A DNA stretch of 62,840 bases, counting the filler, from Dirinaria sp. TL-2023a (lineage: Eukaryota), in the NCBI GenBank assembly GCA_051941275.1. It is 13 parts of 13 records of this genome, joined end to end, with 100 filler letters (N's around TTAATTAATTAA, not from the genome) between each part and the next. Parts side by side here need not be neighbours in the genome. Positions count along the whole stretch, not along the records: positions 1 to 4,776 come from JAVEBF010001775.1; positions 4,877 to 9,650 come from JAVEBF010001776.1; positions 9,751 to 14,515 come from JAVEBF010001777.1; 10 more parts are not named here. The stretch is one strand, 5' to 3'. Position 1 is the stretch's first letter; every line of letters begins with the position of its first letter. The notes under the pieces are model-generated. The model did no database searches and was not told the DNA's origin. It saw only the letters and a program-made list of their open reading frames with translations. Shown here in pieces: positions 1 to 12,424 of this stretch. The position numbers and the translations under genes are program-made.

Positions 1-282
1 CTCTTTCATTGTACTTTGGAGAGCGGGTTCATTATTCATTTGCGGATGTTAATAGGTTATTTATTATTAGGATCGTCTATGACGGTGCCTTGGGCATTAG
101 AGGGACAGACGGCATTTCATAGGCGTTGGGCCCGCTCGGAAATCATTGGGAAAAGGCCAAACTACCACTGCCTACACCAACACAACTATATCCCTGAGCT
201 TCCTCCCGCGTGTAACACCCATAGCAGAGCCTACATGCGGCTTTTAGGCAGACTCGAGCTAGGATTTAATGATCTGTCTTGC

Positions 283-2253
283 TTATGAATCGTGTTCTGT
301 TTTAGAAAGCGGTTTTCGTGGTATTGATGGCGGCACTGAGGAGGGCGGTGGAGGTGATCTTTCTGAAGGTGATGATCTTTCGTATGCCGGTAGGATTGCC
401 CCGTCTGCTCGCGTTTCAGGTCCATCTTCTTGGGCTTCAGATTCATCTTCCAACGGGACATTGTTAGTATAACCATCTCCCACATCAGTATATCTATCAC
501 CGAAGACGGTCGAGTAGCGCGGGGGCATATAAACCGGTGGTACAGGCTTCCTCCTCAGGCTACCAGCAGCTTCAGTCGAACCAGTGTCTCCACTATCCTG
601 TGCCGGACGTGGAGGTAATGCCGGCCTACGGTCAATCTCTTCGCTCTCGTCATCGTTATCTAGCAGCATTATGCCACTTGTTTGGGCATCTTCGGATGTC
701 CGCTTTTCTAGAGCTTCCTGTAAGGTATCCTCGCGTTCATTGACAGCTTCTGGCATACGCAAGGAGTCTTCAAATTCCATGTGAGCCATATGCAAGGCAG
801 GGGCAAGATCTATTTTCCACGTCGCAATCATAGCTTCAAGGAGTCTTCGCAAAATATTCGATATCCTCAAATCTTCCATGGGATCCGGACCACAGAGCAT
901 GACGGGCGCGAAGCATACAGCCAAATTCTGAGGAGTCATTTGGTTCCAGTCCGAGAATTGGGCGGTTCTTGATAAGAGCGGTAGCAGATGCATTGTTAGG
1001 ATATGGCGAGATAGCTTTGGTAGAATCGACCAGTGAGTCTCCTGTGAAAGCATCGAAAGTAATTCTGCCGGTCCAAGCGGTGTTGAAGCATCTCCGTAGA
1101 ATTTCTCCACAGCAGCATAAGAAGATTGAGGAACGAGGGGATCTCGCAGGTCCCTGTACCATTGCTTTATTAGTCCCGCTGCAGTATGGACGCTCCAGCC
1201 CTCGGCTCGCTCGATGTCATCGACTGATACATCTCCAAAACCCTCTCTTTGGTGAGTCGACGCTTGATATGTGTCTCCTTCTCTCCATACGATGAACTTC
1301 TGGCCCCTGTCGTAAGCTTCCTTGAGTATCTCCAACTCTATCGCACGCGCATTGACTCGAAAGAGACCCTCAGTCTTGAGGAGTGGATCGGTGATCAGGA
1401 AGCCTGTAGCTTCTCTCAAGACCCTTGGAAGCCTGGGAGCGCCTGCGGAGGTGGTGGGTAGAGGATGATGAACAGCAAACGCTCTCTTGCCACTTGAATA
1501 TGGTGCGAATATGTCCGGAGTGAGTTGCCGATCGGTCAGATAGACGGAAGGGGGAATAAGTAGGTTTTCTATCGGAATGTGAAGGGCCAGTTGGCTTAAC
1601 GTAGAGACTGTACAGATGATCAAGTGATCAGCCGTGGTAAAACTCTGGAATCGCAAGCCACTTCAACGCGTAGCATGAGTGTGGAAATGCTCCACAAAAG
1701 ACAAACGCAGAAGCCTGTCCATCAAATCAAAGTGGAATATCCTCTTACCGTGGATTACCTTCTTGTAGAATTTGGGGCTGACAACGGTTGAAAACATCCC
1801 CACGAGGAATCTGATCCAAGCTTTTTCATGAACAATGTAAAGCTTCTGCAGTCTCTTCCTCGTTGCTCTTGTCAACAGGTGGTAGGCCTGCAGGAACCAA
1901 CCCCAGCCCGGTCGCCCCTTTCTAGACGTTGTCGTCCCATGGCCCTTTCCGCCGGCGAAGAAGACTATCTCATAGCCATGACCGCCTACAAGCTCTTCCT
2001 CGTCCGGGAGTCTGGCCAATACGTATGGTAGCAGTGCGTCAAAGTTAACTGCTTTGGTATCGGGGAGCGCTTCGGCGCTGAGCACGAAGACTGGGAGATC
2101 ATGTTGAGAAGGGAGAGGAGAGCGGTAGAAGATACGTGCTGCGAGGTTGGCTAAATCCCAGGAATAATCTTTAGAGTGAGGAGAGGGTGGAACAGCACGC
2201 AGTAAAGATTGGGAGGAAGAGCGAAGGCGTTGAGCGAACTGAGTGCGCATCAT
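283..2253 (-). CDS. CRAL-TRIO (BCH/Sec14-like) + RhoGAP domain protein, Ecm25/ARHGAP1-like; 2 exons (2253-1749, 1607-283)
   Basis: Exon 1 has BCH-type motifs (YEIVFF, WGWFLQAY, RKRLQKLYIVHE, VVSPKF). Exon 2 has RhoGAP motifs (TEGLFRV arginine finger, KQWYRDLRDPL, NQMTPQNLAVCFAP) and a Pro-rich tail. Intron 1748-1608 (GTAAG...GCTGAT...TACAG) joins the two ORFs in frame (VIH-V-STLSQL). Confidence 0.9.
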
Positions 2254-2997
2254 TCGCTCTTTCCGCTTTCCCTACTAGATATCTAAGGATAGGTCTACGG
2301 CGGACACTTCAGCGAGAGTGCTTGCTGGTGAGTTTTGTAGACGAGATGTCTGAGTCAACAATGCCGGTACCCATTGAACCCCGCTGTGCTACTGATTGGA
2401 AGCTTTGCAGCTTTATCTACTTTTTGATGTCCTTCATTCACAAGACTGGTTCGAAGAGGAAGGGAAGTCGATACGAAAAGAAGCCATTCTACTTTGATTG
2501 ATCCAAAATTAGCATTATCAATTGAGTTTCCAGTGCCGCGTAGTCTCCGCCCCAAGAAATAAGGTATTCATCATCCTTCAAAGTTTGACCGTGGCCGGCA
2601 ATACTCACGGCACCAAGAAAGGCTTTCCATGCTGTCTTGGGAACAACCACCGCAGAAATTTGAGGTTGGGCTCCGAGATGGCGTTCGTAAAAGTTCCTCG
2701 AGCCTTGATGAAGAGTTCAAAAGACCCGACATACACATGCGCCTCACATTTCCACGAATGATGTTAGGCTCGCATGCTTGGTACGAGGTACCTGCAAAGC
2801 CACTGCCATTACGTGGAAATGCAATCACAAGGTAGTTGGGACTTGGCACGTGACATCGCGGGATCGTAGAACGGCCGAAGTTGGTTTGCAGAGCGTACTG
2901 TGCCTCATGGCACGCTATCAGAGGACTCACTGCCCTTGCTACCAGCCTCTAATGGAAATAACGTCTAATGCAGACAAACCATACCAAAATCAGGTCC

Positions 2998-4037
2998 ATG
3001 ACGAGCTCTCCAGAAATTATAGACCCCAAAGTCGCGCGCATTCTGTCATTCCTGGAGCCACTTCTACGCCTTACACGCAAGCCAGCCTCTCGCCCTTTTT
3101 TCCTCGCCCTCTCTGGTCTCCAAGGGAGCGGCAAAAGCACGCTTGTTGCGCGCATCTGTGCTTCGTTGCGCGAAGCTGGTCACCATCCCATCTCCGTTTC
3201 TCTTGATGATTTCTACTTGCCTGCCCCTGAACTCCAAGCCGCAGCCACTTCGCAGCCTCATAATAAGCTGTTGAAGCAACGTGGACAACCAGGAACTCAC
3301 GATGCGAAGCTAGCCAACCAAGTCTTTGAGCAATTAAGGCGTATCAATGAAGCTGACGAGGAGCACTCGGTTCTCCTACCTACCTACGACAAGGGCGCAC
3401 ATAATGGGAGAGGCGATCGGCGCCCACGCGTAGATTGGATCGCTGTAGAATCACCTGTAGATCTCGTCCTGCTCGAAGGGTGGTGCGTTGGTTTCCAACC
3501 AAGTGCCCAATCGACCATCAAAGATCTCTACTCGACGGCGCTGCAAGACAGCACCGAGACTGGAAACATTGATGGAGCATCATTAGCGACCAGGCAATCA
3601 ACGGGCCCAGAGGTACTGCTTGAGCACGATCTGGGCCATCTTTACTACGCCAATCAACAATTGGCGGAATACTGTAAAGGGTTCATGAACCCGGAATCCT
3701 TTGATGCAGTCGTGCACTTGGACACCGAGAATCTGCATCATGTTTACGAATGGCGGCTGCAACAGGAACATAAGCTACGAGAGGCCACGGGGCATGGGAT
3801 GAGTGACGAAGAAGTCGAGCTGTTCGGTAACGTCCCTAATCTCCCTGACCTTAATATTAACTAAGAACAACCCCAAAAAGAAATTTCGAGCGAACTGACT
3901 AGGAAGCCGCAGTCCTGCGATATATGCCCGCGTACGTCCTCTACTTGGACCGATTCCGAAAGGGCGTTTGTAAAAATCGGCAATTGAGGATCGTCATCGA
4001 TCAGCAGAGAGAAATGGTCGAGTCATTTGTCTTGTAA
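2998..4037 (+). CDS. P-loop kinase, Tda10/D-glycerate-3-kinase/uridine-kinase-like; intron 3827-3912
   Basis: Motifs GLQGSGKST (Walker A), SLDDFYL, RGQPGTHD, PTYDK, LEGWCVGF, YEWRLQQEH and GMSDEEV. After the intron (GTAACG...CTGAC...GCAG) the frame continues FVLRYMPAY...ESFVL*. Confidence 0.88.
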
Positions 4038-4776
4038 GACGATGGTTACCCCAATTCTGTCAATTATATCGAATAGTGGCTTGAAAGAATCTATCTGAAC
4101 TTTCACTTTCTCCGAAGGACTAACAACAGCTGCTATGACGAATTCCGTTGAGAATGTTTGCAACACTGTAGTAAACCTATCAGCCACGTGTGTTCCGATG
4201 CAGCAAAAACATGTAGTTCGTATTCGAACCTATAAGGGCCTAGAAGATGGATAGGGAGGAGAGGTCAATATACCAACTAGTAATAAGTGGCAGCAGGCGA
4301 AGATTTTCGACTATCAATGTAAAACCTAGACAAAAAGGAAGACACAGTCAAACATATCCACCAATAAATAAGTGACACCATAGGTACAATTTACACAAAC
4401 TACAACAACCTGTCTACATATAGATAGTCCATGCGTTCCTCGTCCTCGTCCTCGTCCTCGTATCGTATCTGAACAACTCGCTTATACCCTTACCTACTAC
4501 ATAAAAAAACCATTGACTCCTGACGAATTCAATCATCAGCGCGATTTCATGTCACTTACGTCCCTTCCTCAAATTAGTCGTAGGAAATGTATTCATTTAT
4601 TCTTCGTAGCCTAGAATTGGACTCACAGTTGCGTTTTAACATGTCTGAACAGGAGGAGGCGTGCGTAGAATAGGATTTTCGCAGCGGATGTATATAGCTC
4701 TTCGAGCGCATTTGGTATGGAATGTGGGTAGAGAGAGAGGGGGGGGAGGAGAAGTCATTAACATGACGGACACAGG

Positions 4777-4876
4777 NNNNNNNNNNNNNNNNNNNNNNNN
4801 NNNNNNNNNNNNNNNNNNNNTTAATTAATTAANNNNNNNNNNNNNNNNNNNNNNNNNNNNNNNNNNNNNNNNNNNN
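4777..4876. other. Artificial contig spacer (44 N + TTAATTAATTAA + 44 N); same spacer at 9651-9750, 14516-14615, 19374-19473, 24225-24324, 29073-29172, 33917-34016, 38749-38848, 43577-43676, 48403-48502, 53228-53327, 58044-58143
   Basis: Twelve identical 100-nt spacers carry a six-frame stop linker. The contigs between them decrease steadily in length (4776, 4774, 4765, 4758, 4751, 4748, 4744, 4732, 4728, 4726, 4725, 4716, 4697). Confidence 0.99.
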
Positions 4877-5031
4877 GTGTATCGTTATAAGGATTATTTC
4901 CCCCCTCTGAATGATAGGATACTCGAAGGAGCCAAAGGGGCCAGCTTCATAAGCAAGCCCCCCAAAACAGGCAATGACCGCTTTTACAGGCGTAGCGAAC
5001 AATATTCTACATCCCAAACCCATTCTGCTCC

Positions 5032-5754
5032 TCAATCGCTACCTTGCAAAACACTATTGATGGCATCCTCGTTCCCTTCCCCATCCTGCCCATCCTGCCC
5101 ATCCGTCGCGCTGTTCGTAGTTCCAGGCCCAGTGCCATCGCTGCCGCCACCCTGCGAACTCTGGATCTGATTCCCGTCTTCGACGGCTTTTGCTTTCCCG
5201 TTGCCCGAAGTCTGGACCTGGCCTTTTGTCGTTCCAGTTCCAGGGGCTCCGTTTTGGCCGGCCGCGGGGACGGCGGCGATTTTGCCGTTTCCGGCGGTTT
5301 TGAATGCTTGTGCGGCGCCTTTCCCGTTGCCTACGGTTTGGACGTCTTGTGCAGCAGGAACAGCGGGAGCAGCAGGTGGCACTGCTGGGACCGCGGCCTT
5401 GATTCCGGATCCAGTGTCGATGACGCTACCCTGCCCGTTCGCCCCGTTTTGCCCGTTCGCTCCATGGGCGGCGCTCTTCTGCTGTCCTCCTCCACCCACA
5501 ACGCTAGTGCCCGGAGCCCCGTTGCCGTTGCTGGTGCTGATGTCGGTGGTGCCGCCGGGACTGGTGAAGGCTTGCGTCTGCCCGGAGTTTTGGAGGTCGG
5601 CCACCTCTGATTCGATGCCTGCTAGCAACAAGTCTGCGGATTGCGGGGCGCCGTCAGAGCTGGGTAGCTGTCGCTCATTATTCACCGGGATTGGAGAGGA
5701 GAAGGTGAGGCAAGGGAGGAGGGCGAGGAGGGGAAGGAGGTAGGAGGAGTGCAT
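5032..5754 (-). CDS. Secreted low-complexity Gly/Ala/Gln/Asn-rich protein (240 aa)
   Basis: Single-exon ORF with a clear signal peptide (MHSSYLLPLLALLPCLTFS-SPIP). TATATAA lies about 150 nt upstream on the minus strand. Internal repeats include TxGNGK x3, NGQNGANGQ and DGQDGQDG. Confidence 0.8.
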   Translation of the reverse strand: MHSSYLLPLLALLPCLTFSSPIPVNNERQLPSSDGAPQSADLLLAGIESEVADLQNSGQTQAFTSPGGTTDISTSNGNGAPGTSVVGGGGQQKSAAHGANGQNGANGQGSVIDTGSGIKAAVPAVPPAAPAVPAAQDVQTVGNGKGAAQAFKTAGNGKIAAVPAAGQNGAPGTGTTKGQVQTSGNGKAKAVEDGNQIQSSQGGGSDGTGPGTTNSATDGQDGQDGEGNEDAINSVLQGSD

Positions 5755-7190
5755 TGCAGCGATGGAGTAGATCAGAAGTTTAGAAACGGGAAATGTAACG
5801 AAAGAATTCGGGAAGGAAAAACAACTTTGCTTCTTGAGGTCCGGTAAAGGGCTGTGGCTACGAAAAGGATGTCTGCAGCGGGAAAGTAGAAGATGGCTGG
5901 CTATTATATAGCTGCGTGCTGAAGGTCTTACGTGAAATATTCGAGAAGCCTTGTTTTATGTTATCCGCCGAGGACGATGATGCAAGCTAGCGGCCAGCTA
6001 TTCCGTCTAGGCATGAGTATCTGCTGCTTGCTGCTGGATTCGTCTTTTTACTGCGACGCAGTGACGTGAAAATGGCTGAGCTATGTTTGAAAGCTGGACC
6101 ATGTCGACTAACTCAGGATTAGTCCCTGATGAAAGCGGGAAGTTCACTATGCTTGAAACATTGGTATACCAAAGTCGTAGGTTCTCGAAGCCTTCAATGC
6201 CGTGTAGGCGGGATAGCGCGTCACGGTTGTATGACAAGCCCGTTGCCGCCGAGTTTTCGATTGTCATAATTTGTTTGAAGTTTTAGAATCACTAAGAATC
6301 AAGCTTGCCTGAAACGCTAGTAGATTCGCCATCAGGGAAAGCTTGAAGGGAGTTTGACAAGGCTGCACGATGCTCATAGTATTCGAGATAGTAGAGATGG
6401 AGCTTATTATTGAGAAGCGATGGAGCATAGCTGAAAATCACGTCTCCGCTTGAGGTTGTGACGTGGTTGCTCTGGCAAGAAGACGCTTGATGGCCAAATT
6501 TAATCCTGGAAAAGAAAAGAAGAAGGAAAAAAAAAAACGCAAAGAACAATAGATCGAGCCTTTGGTCGCTCCTGCGAGACGCTCTATCCGGGTATTGAAG
6601 TTGATGCATTAGAGCGTTACCTTCTGAATTTTCAGTATCTGCGTTATTCGAAAACCGGAGTAGAGATCTGGACTACAAAAGTTGACTGATGGCAACATCT
6701 TGCTAAGGGCATGAACAATATGCAAAGGGCATCGGGTAAAAAAGAACGGCTGGTATTGCCGCAGAGCTCAGCATAGGCGCGCTTGAACGAGCCGAAACCC
6801 GGGGAAAAGCGCCTAGATCCAGACTGAGTGAAAGCTTGACACTTGCCTCGTGCTTCTCCGCTATTGCCGTGTTTCAGCTGTCAACATGAAGCTAGCGCGG
6901 CAAACTACCGTAAGACCAAGATACATCTTCGATCTGTCGCTGGATCTGTGTTTATGCGGTTACCCAATATGGTAATTCTGAAGAATTTACGATACTAGCC
7001 CCGAACAGGCTAGCTCGACAGCTTCGCTGATTCATCATGCCTGACGTCCACTCACGACTCACCACTCGCCTTGAATCTCATTGTATGCTTACATCTCTGC
7101 TTATCAAGACTCTTCAAAGGATGTTCGGTGTAAGTATTCAGAATCCATATGAAACTTAGGAGACTGTTCAAAATTTTTACTCCCGGCATC

Positions 7191-9054
7191 ATGCTGCCAA
7201 GAGAGCCCATCGCAATGGATGAGTCTCCAGCGGAAGCCTTTGTGCATGACGTAGAAGAGCAACAGCTCGCCAATCTCATCTTCAATACCAGAGACTGGCA
7301 AATAACACACGGTATGCTCCTGAAGTACGGACCAGACGCCGACACTGTCAGCTCCGTCCCGATCGGTGTCAGCTTGTTTCCCACGCCCTTTCCAAGGCAA
7401 TTGTTTGAAAACGCTCAAAAACTTCAGGTGTATTATAATAGACTGTATGCGTCCGTTAGCGAGGATGAAGAGTGGCTGTATGGCGCGCTCAGAGGGTAGG
7501 TGGATTGTGCTTTCGAGTTTCGTACAGGTTGAAAATGACCGAAGTGATGGTGGGGCAGGCAAATCAGCGATGTTGGGTGCTTTGCTGCAAGGCTGTGGAG
7601 TATACACCAAGAGGTCAAGCGGGAAGGCTACATTCAGGTACATTGAGCAGCTGATCATAGTCTAACGCACTCCTCGCGTTATGCAGTACAGATTCAGCAT
7701 GGACCTAAAGCTGATCTATTTCAATAGCCCAAGACGTTAGGCATTTTCCGCTCAGACTACATGGTTCACGATGTTACGTCTGAGCTTCAAGAAGCGTCAC
7801 CACTTTTTGGGCTCCGCCAAGTGGAGTTCAATACATATTCTGTTGCGGGTGGTGCTCACTCCAATAAAGTTGCCGAAATGCACAGGTGGGTGGCCTCGAC
7901 CAAACTCTTCGAAAGTTTCATAACAGTATAGTAGATATATGCAAAGATGTGGAGCGTACCAGCTTCATAGACCGTCAAACAGCCCAAGAAGTACAAGCCA
8001 AGACAATTTACCTGCCAATGACACCATAAGACCGCTAGCGAATGCACTATGCACAGCACAAAAGATGTATGGTTCAGCTCGCACCGAGCAATGCGCTACT
8101 CCAGGCATCCTATTCGTCGTCCAGCCATGGAACATAAACATTTGCGATGAGCGACCTTTGGAATATGCGTTGTGGAACCACAATCCAAGCATACCAACCT
8201 ACCGTGTAATATTCGGCGAAGAAGTCCTAGCTCACACGTCCCTCTCTGCAACAAGAGAGCTGATGTATCAATCTCCTTCAATGTCCTCCCCGCTTGAAAT
8301 TGCTGTCGTATATATGCGAGCAGGCTATGACCTCGAAGAATATACCCCATCCGGCTACGCTGCGAGACTGCTAATTGAAAAGTCACGTGCAATCAAATGC
8401 CCTTCGATACTGTGCCACCTCGCCACGTTCAAGAAGGTCCAACAAGAGCTCGCGGTGCCGGGCGTGCTGGAACGGTTCCTGCGACCAAGAACCGCAGCAG
8501 CTGTCGCAACAACATTCATGCCAATGTATCCAATGGATGATTCGTCTAGTGCGGGCAAAGACGGTCGTCGGCTGGCCTGCGATGCAACGACAGCCGCGAA
8601 ATATGTATTGAAACCCTCTCTAGAAGGCGGTGGCCACAACATCTACGGCCTCGATATTCCATCATATCTGAATTCAATACCGGAAACACAATGGCAAAAC
8701 TTTATACTCATGGAACGCATCAATTCGCCCAGTCAAAAAAGCGTGCTGCTCCCACCCAGAGGCATGAACTCAGGCGCAAACGACACGAGCATGCCTTATA
8801 CTTTCCAACCAGACCCGACATCTACCACAAAGAACCTGATTGACCGCTTCGGGCAGCCCACCGTCTCGGAGCTCGGCATCTTCGGCACTTGCATATGGAC
8901 ACGCAGTGGCAATCGAGAGGCAATTATGCTTGAAAACTCCGTAGCTGGCTGGTCGTTTAAAACCAAGCCAGCGAATGTGAACGAGATGAGCGTTGTGAAG
9001 GGGTACGGCTGCTTCGATAGCCCTTATCTGATCGATATGGATACTTTGGAATGA
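7191..9054 (+). CDS. Glutathione synthetase-like ATP-grasp ligase (eukaryotic GSH2 family, divergent); exons 7191-7495, 7559-7637, 7728-7885, 7935-9054
   Basis: The spliced frame gives LFPTPFPR, LGIFRSDYM, QVEFNT, YMRAGY, EKSRAIKCPS, FKKVQQEL, YVLKPSLEGGGHN, ILMERI, VSELGIFG and GYGCFDS. Three GT-AG introns keep the frame. An in-frame upstream ATG at 7149 is an alternative start. Confidence 0.9.
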
Positions 9055-9751
9055 CGAGCGAAAATATTATTATGCCAAACACACACACACACACAGTCTC
9101 TCTCAATACCCGGCTTTACTTGATAAATTCAATGACCTGTGAGAGAAACGTGATCAGCATTGAACACTACGCTACAGTCTCAGACATAGCTCCGATCTCC
9201 ACTTAACTAATACTGATAGATAAGCCAGCCCATCTCTAATCATCAAGCCATCAAGGGGGAAAAAAAAACCAAACCAAAAGCCGCTCTTTCCCCATCCTCT
9301 CGCTAGACCCCTACCTCAATTGCTGTTCCCCCTTCCTTCTATCTCCTTCCTTTGCCCCTGTCCCAGTTCCCAGTCCTCATTCTCATCCTCATGCATCTCT
9401 CAATCACTCTCTCCCGTGTTACTTTTTTTTTTTTTTTTTTTTTTCAACCCGTAACGGTGTCCCGATTTAGCAGTGATGAAACAGTGCCATCCTCACTTCA
9501 TTTAATGTACACGTAAGCTAAATGTAATGTAAACGTTTGTTGGAAATTTCGCTTATACCTAGCGTCTTGGCATATTTCTGTGTATTTAAGGGGCCAAATC
9601 CTCCTAGCAATTCCATCCTTAGTGTCATCAAATCAGTTGATTTCCAACAANNNNNNNNNNNNNNNNNNNNNNNNNNNNNNNNNNNNNNNNNNNNTTAATT
9701 AATTAANNNNNNNNNNNNNNNNNNNNNNNNNNNNNNNNNNNNNNNNNNNNG

Positions 9752-9960
9752 GAGGTGGGGGTGGTCGATATTCCGGGGAATCATTTTGAGGTTTTTGAGG
9801 GAGCGAATGTAAGTGCTTCTTTTCTTTTGGAGTTGATGTAAAGAAGAGGATTGCTGACGTGCTGTGACTTGAATAGGTCGAGGCGGTCACGAAGGCTATT
9901 GATCAGGCTTGTGGCATGCTGGAGGAGAAAGCGAGGGGGGCTTGGGTCAAGGGGGTTTGA
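9752..9960 (+). CDS. 3' end (5'-truncated by gap) of a thioesterase-type alpha/beta-hydrolase domain gene; exons 9752-9808, 9877-9960
   Basis: Not in the ORF track. Splicing GTAAGT...GCTGAC...AATAG gives EVGVVDIPGNHFEVFEGAN/VEAVTKAIDQACGMLEEKARGAWVKGV*. DIPGNHF matches the GxH catalytic-His motif at the C-terminus of PKS/NRPS-type thioesterases. Confidence 0.7.
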
Positions 9961-12424
9961 ACGGCAAGATTGCTTTGAGCGATAGATTGTCTGTCTTTTG
10001 TTTTTTTTTTTTTTTTCCTTTTTTTCTCAATTTCTTACAGCGTAGGTGATGGGGGCGAATTGAATCCTAGAAGCAATTTTCACTTTTGTCACATCGGCTT
10101 CCCAAAACCTTGGCAAGAACCAGTTTGGCGCCATTCTCACCCACTTCTTTCTTCCCCTGTTCAATTTCATCCAAACCTATCTCCGTCCGCCATTATTGCA
10201 TGCAACCCTGCTCGAATAATGAACGCGTAGATTGATTAATCAATGCGTTGGTTATCTAGGATAGGCAGATGAGACTCAAGGAAGGTAGTGTCTTGACGAT
10301 GAAGCTTATGTTGAACGCATATACGCATATGTCATGTGCACGGTCTTGACCCTAAGGTAACTTTCTAAACACTGATATTATGCGAAATTATGCCAAGAGG
10401 AAAGATAAGTCTGCGACTGAGGGGACGACGGACTTTGCATGCACGATTGGTGCTGATATTCGGAGTCATCTCGGGTTCACTCAAATCAGGCATGTTCGAA
10501 GAAGCATCGAATTTTTTTTTTTTTTTTTTGGTCGGAGGACCCTCAAATTCATAAATCTGAGGTTGCGAAAACTTCCCTAATAATACATCAGGGACGTTGC
10601 TCTTATTAGGTACTCCCGAGGCGGGTGAATGATTGGGTTTTGGACTTTCTTTTTTGGGGCTGGCTAAGAATAATCTTGGGCTCTGAATAAACGCAATGCA
10701 AAGAAAAAGATCTGCAACCCTGAAAATATGCGACAACCCTAAGTTTTTTTTTTTTTCGGGCCAGGGGCCGAGGAAGCAGATAAGCTGAGTAAGCAATGGA
10801 ATTACACCTAGGTAAAGCGCCGAATTCTCTGTATAGACAGAATACTTGTTCAACGTAACCAACGCAGTGATTTCACGGCCACAATTCAATCGCATTCAAG
10901 CGTTAGAATGCCAGAAGACAATGTAAAGCGATTATTCACGATTATGTAAATTTGCAGCCCGCTTTTCTTGGTACCTTATCTATCTACCTTACTCGATGAT
11001 GATATCGATCCCAAGTCGGATGTTCGGAACGTGCAATTTGCCTTAACGAGCCTAGATAATAACGGATTCCTCTGGATCGTCGTACTCTATTCACGCTACA
11101 TTAGGTGCCTCTAGTCCGGTTAAAAATAGAAGACCATCATGGTAGGCGGCGGGGATAACTTGTTCTAGTGGAGATAAGCTAATTAGCTCTGACTAGGATT
11201 TTCAAAGTCCCGAATTCCCAAATTTGCAGCGGTTGAGATGGTCAGTCATCAGGCCCAAACAGAGAACAGAGAAGAACTGTTTACAAGAGAATATCTGCCT
11301 ACAGTGGGATGAAAGTCCCTGTGTCCGTGGGTTCTGGGTCGAGCTGTGTATTCTTCAAAAGGGTTAAAAAAAAAAAAAAAAAAAAAAAAAAGTTTACAAC
11401 TGGGGCAGTGGTAGCAGATCCAGCGAGGGACTTTGACACACCGAACAATGTTGATACTCGCCACTCTGCTACCAGATATGATCAATCTTCGTCTCAACTT
11501 TTCCTTAGACTGCAGGTGCTAAAGTCGCAAGAAAAAAACTTTCAACTCAGATGCGCCGTTCAGACCGATTTTCAAGGACTTCTCAGAAACCCGCAGATCA
11601 AAAATCTATGTCTTTTCAAAGTTCGGATCTCGAGTTGGCGAAGACTGGGTGTGTCATGTCGAAAACGGATGAAAAGGCAGTACGAGGGTACATGCAAGGC
11701 AATTCTAAGCGACTTTAGGCGCGGAACGGGGCCAGCAATGAGCAAAAGGCAGCGTGCCTTGGCATTTGAGAAAGCGGAGATGAGTCCTGCGATTCCTGCC
11801 ACAAGAGGATCTTACCTGGAAGTCGCCCGGGGGACCACCCAAGACGATCACCCAGACGAGACAATCCGGTGCCTCGAATCCACCTACACCCACCAAAGCG
11901 CACCTGTAGTAGCCGGGAGAACCAAATCTTGGCACACTTCGCGCTAGACTGCACTTAAGGCGTCGAACTCCACACTAATTTGGTTAGTAAAGCTAATGAA
12001 CAACGGACCTGCGTTAGCCTTGATGTTCAAACACAGGCGACGGCGGGTAATTGGGAGGCGATGCCGGATGATTGGATCACGTTCCATGGTCTGAAGCCAG
12101 GCGCTCAGCATGCTGGGCGTGGGGTAAGCGGCGCTCCATGGTTGGCTTCCCTGCTTTTGACCAAGCTATGTGGCTACTATAATCCATTTTCACATCTGCA
12201 CGATGACAGCTCCCAGCCACTAGGGAACAGCAACAGCGGCACAGATGCTCGGAAGCGGTATCTTCCTGCAAGATTTTTCTCCAGAGAGGAAAGGTTTAAA
12301 GGAAGCTCTTCCCGTCATTGGTCTCTTCTTTGTCGGATTTCCAGCGTCAACCTTTGTAAATAATTCATTGGATATTTCTGCATCTAATCTGCCGGATCGC
12401 ATTTGAAGATCGAAAGTCGAAATC

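Noticed and set aside
4821..4832. Recurring TTAATTAATTAA palindrome every ~4.8 kb
   Set aside because: It is a six-frame stop linker embedded in N runs, an assembly artefact.
6007..6700. Possible spliced minus-strand gene between the secreted protein and the ligase
   Set aside because: Splice-like signals exist, but the frames I tried hit stops and no motif was recognised.
11309..11947. 212-aa ORF with a poly-Lys run
   Set aside because: The Lys run comes from a poly-A tract. No recognisable domain, and the composition is not convincing.
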